DNA of 64,000 bases from an uncultured Actinomycetes bacterium (GTDB taxonomy: Bacteria; Actinomycetota; UBA4738; HRBIN12), in contig OY969934.1 in the NCBI GenBank assembly GCA_963704725.1, positions 3,264,001 through 3,328,000 of the forward strand, written 5' to 3'. The notes beneath the pieces were generated by a model. It made no database searches. It was not told the DNA's origin and worked only from the letters and a program-made list of their open reading frames with translations. Below are positions 28,258-37,625 of the stretch, piece after piece. A program made the position numbers and the translations under genes. Numbering within the stretch: the first letter of the stretch is position 1; the number at the start of each line of letters is the position of its first letter.

Positions 28258-30213
28258 TCAGCTCGGAAGGTGGCGGATCTCCAGGGGCGGGAGGTCGTCG
28301 GCAGGCTCGAAGCCCAGGATCCTCCCGTAGAAGGCGAGCTCGGCCTGGAGCGACCGCACGAGGTTCTCGGCCTTGCGGAAGCCATGCTGTTCGCCCTCGA
28401 ACGCGACGTAGCCGTAGGGGACGTGACGAGCCTCGAGCGCCGCGATCATGATCTCGGCCTGCGAGGGCGGCACGACCACGTCCTCCAGACCCTGCAGGAG
28501 CAGCAGGGGCCGCTCGATCGCGTCGGCACGGTTCACGGGAGACCGCTCCCGCCACAGATCGGCCGCCTCGGGCCACGGCCCCACCAGCTGGTCGGTGTAC
28601 TTCAGCTCGAACTTGTGGGTGTCGGTCGCGAACGGCTCGAGATCCGCCACGCCGTAGTAGCTCACGCCCGCGGCGAACGCTTGCGGATGGAACGCCATCG
28701 AGGCGAGGACCACGTAGCCGCCGGCGCTCCCCCCGGTGACCACGAGACGATCGGGGTCGGCGCGGCCCGTCGCCGCCAGATACCGGGCGGCCGCGATGCA
28801 GTCGCCGACGTCGACGATCCCCCACGTCCCGTACAGCCGCTCCCGGTAGTCGCGCCCGTAGCCCGTGCTTCCCCCGTAGTTCACGTCGACGAAGGCGAAC
28901 CCCCGCGTGGTGAAGTACTGCACGTACGGCTTGAGGTCGGGCGTGGTCTCCGAGGTCGGTCCCCCGTGGGCGCGGACGACGAGGGGAGGCCGCTCGTCCA
29001 CAGGCCCGGTGAACCCGGGGTTGCGCGGCGGGTAGTAGTACGCGTGCGCCGTCCGTCCGTCCTCGGTGGGGAACTCGACCGGCTCGGCAGCCGACACGAA
29101 CGCGTCGTCGACGCCGAGGGCCTCGCCTCGCCGCAGCACCTCGACGCTCCTGGAGGTGAAGTCGAGCACGGCGACCTCGCGCGAGGTGGTGGGACCCGAG
29201 CCGACGAACGCGATCCGGCTCCCGGAGGCGCTCACGTACGGCGGGGAGAAGCACGAGTACGGGACGTCGAGGTCGATCAGCTCGGAGGTCGCCGGGTCGA
29301 GCAGCGCGAGGTGGTGCTCGCCCGATCGCCGGTAGGCGCAGACGATCCGCCCGTCGTCCAGGAACGCGTACGAGGAGTAGCCGAACTCCCAGGCCGGGAC
29401 CCCGAACTCGGCCGCGGCCGGCGTGAGATTCGTCGCCGCGCCGTCCTCCTCGAGCCGGTACAGGTTCCACCACCCCGTGCGGTCCGAGACGACGTGCAGG
29501 ACGTCCTGTGGCGACCACGCGGGCTGGAAGATCGACTCGGCCTCCCCGCCGGCCAGGAGCCGCGGCTCGCCGAGGGCGTCGCCGTCGACGGGCGCGACGA
29601 GGAGCTCCGTGCCGTCCCACGGCATCCGCGGCATGTCCCACCGCAGCCAGGCGAGACGCCCTCCGTCCCGCGAGAAGCGGGGGAAGCCGAAGAAGTCGCT
29701 GCCCGAGGCCACGATCGTGGGCTCGGCGGAGCCGTCGGTGGGAAGGAGGACGAGCTCGTTCAGGGCCAGGCGCTCGACGCCGTGCCGCTCCCGCACGCAG
29801 GCGATCCGGCTCCCGTCGGGCGACACGTCCATGTCCGCGTACCGCAGCGAGCGCCGCTCCCGCGGCTCCGGCGTGATGGGGACCGGGTCCGCCCCGGGAT
29901 CCTGCCGGTACAGGCGCTGGTCGTCGAAGTTCGAGAAGAACGCCGTCTCCCCGGCGACCGCGAAGGCGCCCCCTCCGTACTCGTGTACCAGTGTGCGGAC
30001 GTTGAAGGTGTCCGGCGTGACGTCGCCGCGCCCGCCCGAGGCGTCCGAGCGCACGAGCACGGTCCGGCCGCCCTCCTCGGGCCGGGCCTCGAGCCACCAC
30101 GTCGCGTCGCCGGTGAGCCGCACCATCGAGACGCCCGTCGTGGCCCGCGCCACCGCCTCCGGGCCGAGCGGGGAGGCCCAGGTGCCGAACGGCGCGACGA
30201 CCGGCTCGCTCAC
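28258..30213 (-). CDS. S9 family (prolyl oligopeptidase-like) serine peptidase
   Basis: APFGTWASP, HEYGGG, HGGP, GGSAGG, QGLED, EQHGF; GTGA overlap with the upstream gene. Confidence 0.92.
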   Translation of the reverse strand: MSEPVVAPFGTWASPLGPEAVARATTGVSMVRLTGDATWWLEARPEEGGRTVLVRSDASGGRGDVTPDTFNVRTLVHEYGGGAFAVAGETAFFSNFDDQRLYRQDPGADPVPITPEPRERRSLRYADMDVSPDGSRIACVRERHGVERLALNELVLLPTDGSAEPTIVASGSDFFGFPRFSRDGGRLAWLRWDMPRMPWDGTELLVAPVDGDALGEPRLLAGGEAESIFQPAWSPQDVLHVVSDRTGWWNLYRLEEDGAATNLTPAAAEFGVPAWEFGYSSYAFLDDGRIVCAYRRSGEHHLALLDPATSELIDLDVPYSCFSPPYVSASGSRIAFVGSGPTTSREVAVLDFTSRSVEVLRRGEALGVDDAFVSAAEPVEFPTEDGRTAHAYYYPPRNPGFTGPVDERPPLVVRAHGGPTSETTPDLKPYVQYFTTRGFAFVDVNYGGSTGYGRDYRERLYGTWGIVDVGDCIAAARYLAATGRADPDRLVVTGGSAGGYVVLASMAFHPQAFAAGVSYYGVADLEPFATDTHKFELKYTDQLVGPWPEAADLWRERSPVNRADAIERPLLLLQGLEDVVVPPSQAEIMIAALEARHVPYGYVAFEGEQHGFRKAENLVRSLQAELAFYGRILGFEPADDLPPLEIRHLPS

Positions 30214-31067
30214 CACCGGCCGACCATCACGCGCGTCACCTTGAATCCCCGATCGAGCGTGCTCCGAACGTCGACGAACCCGTTCGCCCGCATGACCCGG
30301 GCCACGGCGCGCGCTCGGTCCGGGCTCACCTCGATCAGGAGCCAGCCGCCCGGCTTGAGCCACCCCCCGGCCTCCCCGGCCGCCCGGCCGACCAGGCCGA
30401 GCCCGTCCCGGCTGTGATCGGTGAGCGTGTGGACCGGCTCCCATCGCCGGATCTCGTCCGGCAGGTCGCGCAGCTCCTGCTTCGCCACGTACGGCGGGTG
30501 CAGCGTGATCACGTCCACGTCGCCGGCGAGCGGGCGCGGCAACCCCCCGAAGAGATCGCCCACGACGAACGCCGCATCCAGATCGAGGCGGCGGGCGTTG
30601 CGGCGGGCGACGCGCACGGCCTCGTGCGAGATGTCGGTGCCGAACGCGTGGACGCCTCGAACCTCGTTGGCCACGGCGAGCGCCACGGCGCCGCCGCCGG
30701 TGGCGAGGTCGACGGAGACGGGTTCCCGGCGCCGGCGGAGCCGGCGGACGGCCTGCTCGGCAAGGAACTCGGTCGAGTCGCGCGGCACGAACACACCCGG
30801 TCTGGCCACGATCTCGAGCCCCCGGAACACGGCGAACCCCTTGATGAGCTGCACGGGCTCGCCCTGCACGCGGCGCGCCACCATCCGGTCGAACCGCCGC
30901 CGGGCGGCACCCGGGACCTCCTCGTCGGGGTCGAGGTCGTCGACGCCGAGCGCGTGGCACAGGAGGTCCTCGGCCTCGATCAGCTCGCGGTCCTTCTGCC
31001 AGTGGTCGATCGCGGGAGACGCCCGAAGCGTCCCGACCGCGCGTTCGAGAAGCTCCGACGCGTTCAC
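30210..31067 (-). CDS. HemK/PrmC family protein methyltransferase
   Basis: RRVQGEPVQLIKG, GVFVPRDSTE, DLATGGG, HPPY, WLKPGG. Confidence 0.85.
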   Translation of the reverse strand: MNASELLERAVGTLRASPAIDHWQKDRELIEAEDLLCHALGVDDLDPDEEVPGAARRRFDRMVARRVQGEPVQLIKGFAVFRGLEIVARPGVFVPRDSTEFLAEQAVRRLRRRREPVSVDLATGGGAVALAVANEVRGVHAFGTDISHEAVRVARRNARRLDLDAAFVVGDLFGGLPRPLAGDVDVITLHPPYVAKQELRDLPDEIRRWEPVHTLTDHSRDGLGLVGRAAGEAGGWLKPGGWLLIEVSPDRARAVARVMRANGFVDVRSTLDRGFKVTRVMVGRW

Positions 31068-31124
31068 GGGCCGCACGGTACCAGGCACGGTGAGCGGGCT
31101 CACGGCCGTGGGACAATCGCTGGC

Positions 31125-31484
31125 ATGCCGAAGACGACCACGCCGAAGTCGCGGAAGACCCGCGCACCGTCCGACGACGTCCGGCTGACCGGCGACCGCA
31201 TCGTCGTCGAGCATCCCGACGACGGCGAGCGCAAGACGCGGGGCGGACTGCTGATCCCGGCGACCGCCGTGCCGGCGCCGAAGCGATGCGTCTGGGGCGT
31301 CGTCGCCCTGGTGGGACCGGACGTGCGGTCGGCCCGGTCCGGTGACCGGATCCTGTACCTGCCCCAGGCCGGGCTCGAGGTGGAGATCGACGGCCGCGAG
31401 TTCCTCCTGCTGCGCGAGCGCGACGTGCAGGCCGTGTCCTCGCCGGCCGACGGCGCCGAGCGCCAGCCCGGCCAGTACCTGTAG
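31125..31484 (+). CDS. GroES-like co-chaperonin paralog
   Basis: GDRIVV...ERKTRGGLLIPAT, VGP, GDRILY, LLLRERDV. Confidence 0.85.
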   Translation: MPKTTTPKSRKTRAPSDDVRLTGDRIVVEHPDDGERKTRGGLLIPATAVPAPKRCVWGVVALVGPDVRSARSGDRILYLPQAGLEVEIDGREFLLLRERDVQAVSSPADGAERQPGQYL

Positions 31485-31499
31485 CCCGGACCTCGGCGC

Positions 31500-31904
31500 T
31501 CAGCCGGCGACGAAGGACAGCCGCAGCCGCCGCACGTCGTTGTCGCGGTTGGGGTCGACGAGGACCACGCGCTGCCAGGTGCCGAGGACGAGGCGTCCGC
31601 CCTCCACGGCCAGCACGAGGGAGGGCGACACGAGGACCGGGACCAGGTGGTCCCCGCCGTGACCCACCGAGCCGTGTCGGTGCGCGTAGCGGTCGTCGCG
31701 CGGCACCACCCGTTCCAGCAGCTCCTCGAGGTCCCTCTCGGACCCGGAGCCCGTCTCCATCAGCGCCACGCCCGCCGTGGCGTGCGGCGCGAAGACGTGC
31801 ACCAGCCCGTCGCCGCCACCCGCCGCCGCGAAGGCGGCGACGTCCTCGGTCACGTCGAGCACCCGCCTCCCACGCGTGTCGAGCGTGAGCTCCTCGACCC
31901 GCAC
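31500..31904 (-). CDS. yjbQ: YjbQ / UPF0047 family protein
   Basis: PHATAG, HRHGSVGHGGDH, LGTWQ. Confidence 0.85.
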   Translation of the reverse strand: MRVEELTLDTRGRRVLDVTEDVAAFAAAGGGDGLVHVFAPHATAGVALMETGSGSERDLEELLERVVPRDDRYAHRHGSVGHGGDHLVPVLVSPSLVLAVEGGRLVLGTWQRVVLVDPNRDNDVRRLRLSFVAG

Positions 31905-31912
31905 GGCGGCCC

Positions 31913-32557
31913 TCAGATCGCGGGCGGCCCGGGCGGAGGCGGCGGGGGGGGCGGGGCGGGCGGCGACCCCGAGGACGGCGCCGGCCCCTGCGCGAGCGTG
32001 CCGGCGTCCTCGGCCGGCGGAGCGGCGACCGACGTCGGTGCCGCGCCCACGTCGGCCGGCATCCCGGGCGGCTTCGCGCCGCCGGACATCAGCAGCGCCC
32101 CTCCGATCAGGCCGATCGCGCCGCCGCCGATGACGAGGAAGATGCCGGCACCGACGCTGAGATCGAACTCGCCGGCGTCGATGGCCTGGTCGATGAAGGT
32201 CCGTGCCTGCTCGGTCGTGATGCCGCTCTGCTCGGCGACGTCGGCCGCGATCTGGTCGCGGACGGTCAGGGCGTCGTAGACGCCGACGCCCCCGCCGGCC
32301 AGGGCCGCGAGGATGGCCAGGATCGCGAGCGCCCGGCGGCCCGCTCGCATCGCGATCAGGCCCGCCGCGACCAGCACGAGCCCGGCGCCGAAGGTGATCC
32401 AGCCGTCGCTTCCGTCCACCCCGGTCGCCGAGACCTTCTCGCCGCCGCCCGAGAGCGTGACCCACGTGAGGAACGACCCGGCCACCAGGAGCGCGCCACC
32501 CACCACGGCCACGCCGGTTCCGATGGGCGAGCCCCGGCCCTCGCTTGGTTGCTGCAT
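31913..32557 (-). CDS. Hypothetical membrane protein with Pro-rich tail
   Basis: SD GAGGAGGGG; four TM segments, GSFLTW. Confidence 0.7.
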   Translation of the reverse strand: MQQPSEGRGSPIGTGVAVVGGALLVAGSFLTWVTLSGGGEKVSATGVDGSDGWITFGAGLVLVAAGLIAMRAGRRALAILAILAALAGGGVGVYDALTVRDQIAADVAEQSGITTEQARTFIDQAIDAGEFDLSVGAGIFLVIGGGAIGLIGGALLMSGGAKPPGMPADVGAAPTSVAAPPAEDAGTLAQGPAPSSGSPPAPPPPPPPPGPPAI

Positions 32558-32650
32558 CTCCCCCTCCTCCTCGATCGGCGCCACATCCTTCCATCGCCGG
32601 TGGGGGCCGTCCACCGTATGCTGCCGGTCGTTCCGACCGAGGAGGACCAG

Positions 32651-32794
32651 GTGGAGATCGATCCGGTCTGCGGCATGGAGGTCGACCCGGCCTCGGCCGA
32701 GTGGAAGACGGAGCACGACGGCACGACCTACTACTTCTGCTCCAAGGGCTGCCTCGACGACTTCGTGGAGGACCCGGCCGCCTACCTCGGCTGA
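32651..32794 (+). CDS. Standalone YHS-domain small protein
   Basis: DPVCGMEV...YYFCSKGC...DPAAY; SD GAGGAGG. Confidence 0.88.
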   Translation: MEIDPVCGMEVDPASAEWKTEHDGTTYYFCSKGCLDDFVEDPAAYLG

Positions 32795-32797
32795 GGC

Positions 32798-33544
32798 TCA
32801 GGACTCGCGCCGCGCCATCAGGCGCGTCGAGAGCCACACCAGCGCGACCGTCGCCAACAGGCTCACTCCGGCGGCGCGCAGGAAGCCCGTGGCAGCTTCG
32901 CCCTCGGCCAGCGCCGTCGGCGAGCCGACCAGCGCGCTCGGCAGCCAGGGCTCGAGCACGGGGATCTGGGCAAGGATCGGCAGGACGATCAGGACGACGA
33001 GCGCGATCCCGCCCGCCCCGATCACGCTGCGCGTCATCGCGGCCGTGCAGGCCACCACCGCGATCGCGAAGGCCAGGTACGACGCGCCGAACGCCGCACC
33101 GAACACGACGGCCCCGACCGGGACCGAGCCGATCAGCGTCACCGTGCCGATCCACGCCGCGATCAGCCCAACCACGAAGCAGGTCGCGCACGCCGCGGCG
33201 TTCACGGCGAACTTCGGCACGACGAGGGAGCGGAGCGACGGCGCCCGCGTGCGCAGGAACGCCGCCCACTCGGGCTTGGCGTCGAACGCGAGCGAGCCGG
33301 CCGCGATCAGCACCGACACCAGCAAGCCGATCTGCATGGCGTTCTGCAGGTACGCCGCGACCCCCTGCGGCGGCGTGGCCGGCGGGACGATCACCTGGAC
33401 GTCGCCGCCGAGATGCCGCAGCAGGGCGTCCTGGTACCGGGTGAGGATCGGCATGCCGATCCCGAACAGGAGGAACGAGCCGAGGAGGCCGATCCACCGC
33501 ATGGTCCGGAACAGCCGGAGGACCTCCAGCCGCCACACGCTCAC
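32798..33544 (-). CDS. ABC-2 type permease
   Basis: Six TM segments; GTGA overlap with the ATPase gene. Confidence 0.82.
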   Translation of the reverse strand: MSVWRLEVLRLFRTMRWIGLLGSFLLFGIGMPILTRYQDALLRHLGGDVQVIVPPATPPQGVAAYLQNAMQIGLLVSVLIAAGSLAFDAKPEWAAFLRTRAPSLRSLVVPKFAVNAAACATCFVVGLIAAWIGTVTLIGSVPVGAVVFGAAFGASYLAFAIAVVACTAAMTRSVIGAGGIALVVLIVLPILAQIPVLEPWLPSALVGSPTALAEGEAATGFLRAAGVSLLATVALVWLSTRLMARRES

Positions 33545-34428
33545 GACGTCAGCTCCAGGAAGACGGACTCGAGGTCCGGCGCCTCGGGCTCCGCGCTGAT
33601 GAGCCGCGCTCCCAGCCTCGCCAGGACCTCGGCGATCCCGCGCTCGGCCTCGGGCACCGAGGAGACCTCGATCCGGAGCCGGCCGTATCCCGCGTCCGTG
33701 ACCCCGGCGGCCCACGGCGCGGCCCGCAGCGCCGCCGCCACGGGCTCGACGGGCGGGCGGACCCGGATCACGTACGCCGGCTGCACCCGCTCGGTGAGCA
33801 GGGACTCGAGCGGGCCCTGGAACAGCAGCCGGCCCTCGCGCAGCACTCCCACCGTGTCGCAGACCCGCTGCACGTCGCCGAGGATGTGGCTCGAGAACAG
33901 GATCGTGCTCCGCCGCGCCAGACGGCTCACGAGCTCGAGGACCTCGTACCGGCCGAGCGGATCCAGCGCCGAGGCCGGCTCGTCGAACACGAGCAGCTCA
34001 GGCCCCGAGACGATCGTGGCCGCGATGCCGAGGCGCTGGAGCATGCCGCGCGAGAACCCCCCGACGCGCCGCGTCGCGACGTCCGACAGCCCGGTCTCGC
34101 GCAGGGCGTCGTCGGCGGCCGAGCCCGGCACCTCCGGCGCCACCATCGCTCGCGCCAGGTCGACCACCTCCCGGGCGGTGAGCCACGGGTCGAACAGGGG
34201 GGTGTCGGGCATCACCGCCACCCGCCGCCGCTCGACGTGCAGGCGAACCTCGCCGCCCGTCGGCCGGCGCAGGCCGGCCACGACGCCGATCAGGGTGCTC
34301 TTGCCCGCGCCGTTCGGCCCCACCAGGCCGTAGACGGTCCCGGCCTCGACCCGCAGGTCGACGTCGTCGAGCGCCACCGTCCCCCCGTAGACCTTGCGGA
34401 GCGAGGACGTTTCCAGGACCGGCGCCAT
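33541..34428 (-). CDS. ABC transporter ATP-binding protein
   Basis: GPNGAGKS, FSRGMLQR, DEP, SSH. Confidence 0.94.
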   Translation of the reverse strand: MAPVLETSSLRKVYGGTVALDDVDLRVEAGTVYGLVGPNGAGKSTLIGVVAGLRRPTGGEVRLHVERRRVAVMPDTPLFDPWLTAREVVDLARAMVAPEVPGSAADDALRETGLSDVATRRVGGFSRGMLQRLGIAATIVSGPELLVFDEPASALDPLGRYEVLELVSRLARRSTILFSSHILGDVQRVCDTVGVLREGRLLFQGPLESLLTERVQPAYVIRVRPPVEPVAAALRAAPWAAGVTDAGYGRLRIEVSSVPEAERGIAEVLARLGARLISAEPEAPDLESVFLELTS

Positions 34429-34538
34429 GTACGGGAGCCTACGCCGCCGGTCGTCCCGTCTCGTCGACGGGTGCGACCCCTTCGAACGGGACGGACGACC
34501 CGTTGACGCACCCGTGTAATGATGTAATCCTTGTTCGC

Positions 34539-35060
34539 ATGGACACCACACACAGCAGCGACGAGCTTCAGGGATGGTTCGCCGGGCGGCTGCCGGGCGA
34601 TTGGTTCGTCGGCGCGGCCGAGGTCAGCGCCGACCGCGAGGAGATCCTCGTCGTGGGCACGCTCTCGGACCCCGAGCTGCCCGAGGGCGCCACGCCCGAG
34701 GTGGCCGCGGCGGCCAGGATCGCGCGGATCGACGGCTTCCGGGAGGACACCCGGGAGCGCCGCATGCGGATCGCCGACGAGGCCCAGTACCGGTTCGGTC
34801 GTCGCGTCTCCTGGGGTGCCCAGAGCGGCGACGTCCGCAAGCTCTTCACCACGGTGAGCGTCCCCGCCATGACCCGGCTGCGCATGCCCGAGCGCCGGGT
34901 GCTCGACACGCTGGTGGACGCCGGCGTGGCCCGTTCGCGGAGCCACGCCCTGGCGTGGTGCGTTCGGCTCGTCGCCGAGCGCCAGGACGAGTGGCTCAAG
35001 GACCTCCGCGACGCCCTGACCCATGTCGAGCGGGTGCGCGGGGAGGGCCCGACCTCGTAG
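34539..35060 (+). CDS. Conserved hypothetical protein with RHH-like C-terminus
   Basis: GWFAGRLP...DREEI; MTRLRMPERRVLDTLVDAGVARSRSHALAWCV. Confidence 0.8.
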   Translation: MDTTHSSDELQGWFAGRLPGDWFVGAAEVSADREEILVVGTLSDPELPEGATPEVAAAARIARIDGFREDTRERRMRIADEAQYRFGRRVSWGAQSGDVRKLFTTVSVPAMTRLRMPERRVLDTLVDAGVARSRSHALAWCVRLVAERQDEWLKDLRDALTHVERVRGEGPTS

Positions 35061-35068
35061 GGACCGAG

Positions 35069-35263
35069 CTACTCGACGCCGAGGCCCATGCGGTAGACCT
35101 TCCGGCTCCGGACCTGGTCGAACAGGACGACCTCCTCGATGCCGCTCTCGAACAGGTCCCGCCAGGAGGTGCCGATCCAGGCCTCCGCGGTCTCGGTGTC
35201 GGGGAAGGCCGGGGAGCGGCCGACCTCCTGGCCGGTCTGATCGAGATACGTCCAGGCGAACAT
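35069..35263 (-). CDS. Small hypothetical protein
   Basis: Coding-like 64 aa (F...AEAWIG..WRDL...G); TGATG coupling with the upstream ORF. Confidence 0.72.
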   Translation of the reverse strand: MFAWTYLDQTGQEVGRSPAFPDTETAEAWIGTSWRDLFESGIEEVVLFDQVRSRKVYRMGLGVE

Positions 35264-35472
35264 CAGGGCCGCCGGACCGAGACGATCATGTTCACGGCTC
35301 TGGCCACCATCACGCGCTCCCCCACCTCGAGACCCTCGGGGACCGACTCGGCACCCAGTCGTGCCGTCTCGAGCATCTCGCCCTCGTAGGCGATCGTGAC
35401 ATCGACGAGGGCCGATCCGTGGATCTCGACCCGCCGGACGTCACGAACGACCCCCTCTCGCTCACCGAGCAT
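35263..35472 (-). CDS. Small beta-rich (OB-fold-like) hypothetical protein
   Basis: 69 aa; TACCCT 8 nt upstream of ATG; coupled to the downstream ORF. Confidence 0.7.
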   Translation of the reverse strand: MLGEREGVVRDVRRVEIHGSALVDVTIAYEGEMLETARLGAESVPEGLEVGERVMVARAVNMIVSVRRP

Positions 35473-35600
35473 GACCGCGGAGGGTAGCGCACCCCCGGCG
35501 GGGTGGCCTCCTCCCGTCGCCGTAGACCATCTCGTACGCGGAGCGCGTTCACAACTTCCCGCTCAAGGAGCCGTTGAGTAGGGTCGAGGACCCTACCGAG

Positions 35601-36848
35601 ATGACTACGCGGCCCCTGCGGCGTCTCATCGCCGTCCTCGCGTGTCTCACGGTCGCGCTGCTGCCGCAGCCGGCCTCGTCGACGCGCGCCTCGCGGGTCG
35701 CCCTGGCTGGGGAGCGGGGCTCCGGTCCCGCGGCGTGGAGGGTCGCGTCCCCCCAAGCCACGAACGGCATCCACTGGAGCGACGTCAACAAGAAGCACTG
35801 GGCCCGAGCCGCGGTCGACTACGTGGGCGCGACGTACGACTGGATGCGCGACTACCGTCTCCAGCCGGACGGCCGGTATCCCTTCAAGCCCGACACGCTC
35901 GAGAGCCGCCGGCTGTTCGCGCGGGCGCTGTACCGGGCCTTCGGCGCGGCGCTCGTGGCCGACCCGAACGTCACGTTCGAGGACCTGCCCGCCGACGACC
36001 GCTTCTTCACGGCGGCCAACGTCGCCGTGACCCAGGGGTGGATGGAGCCTCAGGGGTCGAGCTTCCTGCCCATGGAGCCCGTGACGACGCGCGTGGTCCA
36101 CCGGGCGCTCGTGCTGGCGCTCGGGCTGGGGGACCTGGCCGCCGGCGCCGACGCGCTCCACCTGGAGGACGGCACGAAGGTGCCCACCCCGGAGGGCTTC
36201 GGCACGCTCCTCATCGGGATGCGGCTGGGGTTGCGCTACAACCACGGGGACGAGAGCCTCGACGTCTCGCCCGACTCGCCGCTGCCCCGGTCCGAGGTGG
36301 CCTGGTCGCTGTATCGGGCGGCGACGGCTCCCGAGTGGATCCGCGACTCGCTGGCGAACTACGCGACGATGGAGCTGCCGAACCTGAGCGACCACATGCA
36401 GCAGGTCGTGGCGTGGGGCGTGCGATGGGTCGGCACCCCGTACATCTGGGGCGGCGAATGGGGCGAGGCCTCGCCCCCCGGCTACTGCTGCGGCTGGCAG
36501 CCGCAGGGCGGTTTCGACTGCTCCGGGATGACCTGGTGGTTGATGCGCAGAGGCGACGCGTCCTGGAACAACGTCCCGCCGCGCGAGTACGAGGGCTGGG
36601 ACCTGCCCCAGCGGAGCTCGGCGCAGATGGCCTCGGTCGGCCCGAGGATCCGCTGGAACGACATCGCGCCGGGCGACCTGCTCTTCTACGACGGCGACGA
36701 CGACGGCACCGTCGACCACGTGGACACCTACATCGGCAACGGCTGGGCGATCGACTCCGGGGGCAGCAACGCCGGCGTGACGATCACCTACGTCGAGGGC
36801 ACCTGGTACCAGGACCACTTCGTGCGCGCTCGCCGCATCGCCGAGTAG
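35601..36848 (+). CDS. Secreted NlpC/P60 peptidoglycan hydrolase with SLH-like repeats
   Basis: Signal peptide; WSDV..HWA and FEDL..DDRF repeats; GTPYIWGG, GFDCSG, PGDLLF, DHV. Confidence 0.88.
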   Translation: MTTRPLRRLIAVLACLTVALLPQPASSTRASRVALAGERGSGPAAWRVASPQATNGIHWSDVNKKHWARAAVDYVGATYDWMRDYRLQPDGRYPFKPDTLESRRLFARALYRAFGAALVADPNVTFEDLPADDRFFTAANVAVTQGWMEPQGSSFLPMEPVTTRVVHRALVLALGLGDLAAGADALHLEDGTKVPTPEGFGTLLIGMRLGLRYNHGDESLDVSPDSPLPRSEVAWSLYRAATAPEWIRDSLANYATMELPNLSDHMQQVVAWGVRWVGTPYIWGGEWGEASPPGYCCGWQPQGGFDCSGMTWWLMRRGDASWNNVPPREYEGWDLPQRSSAQMASVGPRIRWNDIAPGDLLFYDGDDDGTVDHVDTYIGNGWAIDSGGSNAGVTITYVEGTWYQDHFVRARRIAE

Positions 36849-36854
36849 AACCCG

Positions 36855-37262
36855 CTAGACGTCGCCGGCGTTCGTCAGCTCGAGCTCGAGGGCCTCGCGC
36901 TCCTTCGCCGTGAGCGGTCGGGACCGGCCGCTCTTCGGGTCGCGGGGAACCACGACCGACTCGGAGGACGCCGAGACCGCGCCGTCGAGGGTGAGGATCG
37001 TCTCCCGGGTCGTGACGCTCGATCGCCCGATCGAGGCGAGCTCGCACCGGACCACGACCGCCGAATCCTCCTGGGTCAGCTCGCGCCGGAAGTCGATCGC
37101 CACCCTCGCCAGCACGAAGTCCCACGTGTCGGTGAGCGTGCCGAGCGCCTGCTGCGCCCACGCGTCGCGGGCCTCCTCGAGGTAGTTGAGGTAGACCGCG
37201 TTGTTGACGTGTCCGTACGCGTCGAGATCGCGCCACCGGATCTCGATCCGTCGTTCCAGCAT
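36855..37262 (-). CDS. Acyl-CoA thioesterase (4HBT/YbgC type)
   Basis: RWRDLDAYGHVNNAVYLNYLEEAR. Confidence 0.92.
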   Translation of the reverse strand: MLERRIEIRWRDLDAYGHVNNAVYLNYLEEARDAWAQQALGTLTDTWDFVLARVAIDFRRELTQEDSAVVVRCELASIGRSSVTTRETILTLDGAVSASSESVVVPRDPKSGRSRPLTAKEREALELELTNAGDV

Positions 37263-37492
37263 CAGGTCTCGATCCGGTCGACCTGCAGGCCCCGGCCGGC
37301 CAGCCACGCCACCGCCGCCGCGATCCGATCCTCGTCCCCCGCGACCTCCAGGATCATCCACCCGCCCCGGTCCTCCTCCAGGTTGGCGCGGCGGATGTTC
37401 ACGACGAGCCCGAAGTCGGCTCCCATCAGGTGCACGACCGGCTCGGACATCAGATGCGCGGGGAACGTCAGGTGCAGGTGAGCGCTCGCCAT
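37262..37492 (-). CDS. Standalone NIL-domain protein
   Basis: LHLTFP...EPVV...FGLVVNIRRANL...GWMILEV. Confidence 0.82.
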   Translation of the reverse strand: MASAHLHLTFPAHLMSEPVVHLMGADFGLVVNIRRANLEEDRGGWMILEVAGDEDRIAAAVAWLAGRGLQVDRIET

Positions 37493-37523
37493 CCGGAGGC
37501 CATCCTGCCACGCCCGCGATGAC

Positions 37524-37557
37524 GATGGCCCCCGGGACCTTCGTCCCGGGGGCCATC
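37524..37557 (-). terminator. groEL terminator hairpin
   Basis: 15-bp perfect stem GATGGCCCCCGGGAC-CTTC-GTCCCGGGGGCCATC. Confidence 0.75.
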
Positions 37558-37625
37558 CGTGGAGAGAGGGGGCTCCAGAAGGTGGTTCGCCGGAGCCGCC
37601 CCGTCGGTTCGACGAACTCCGTCGC

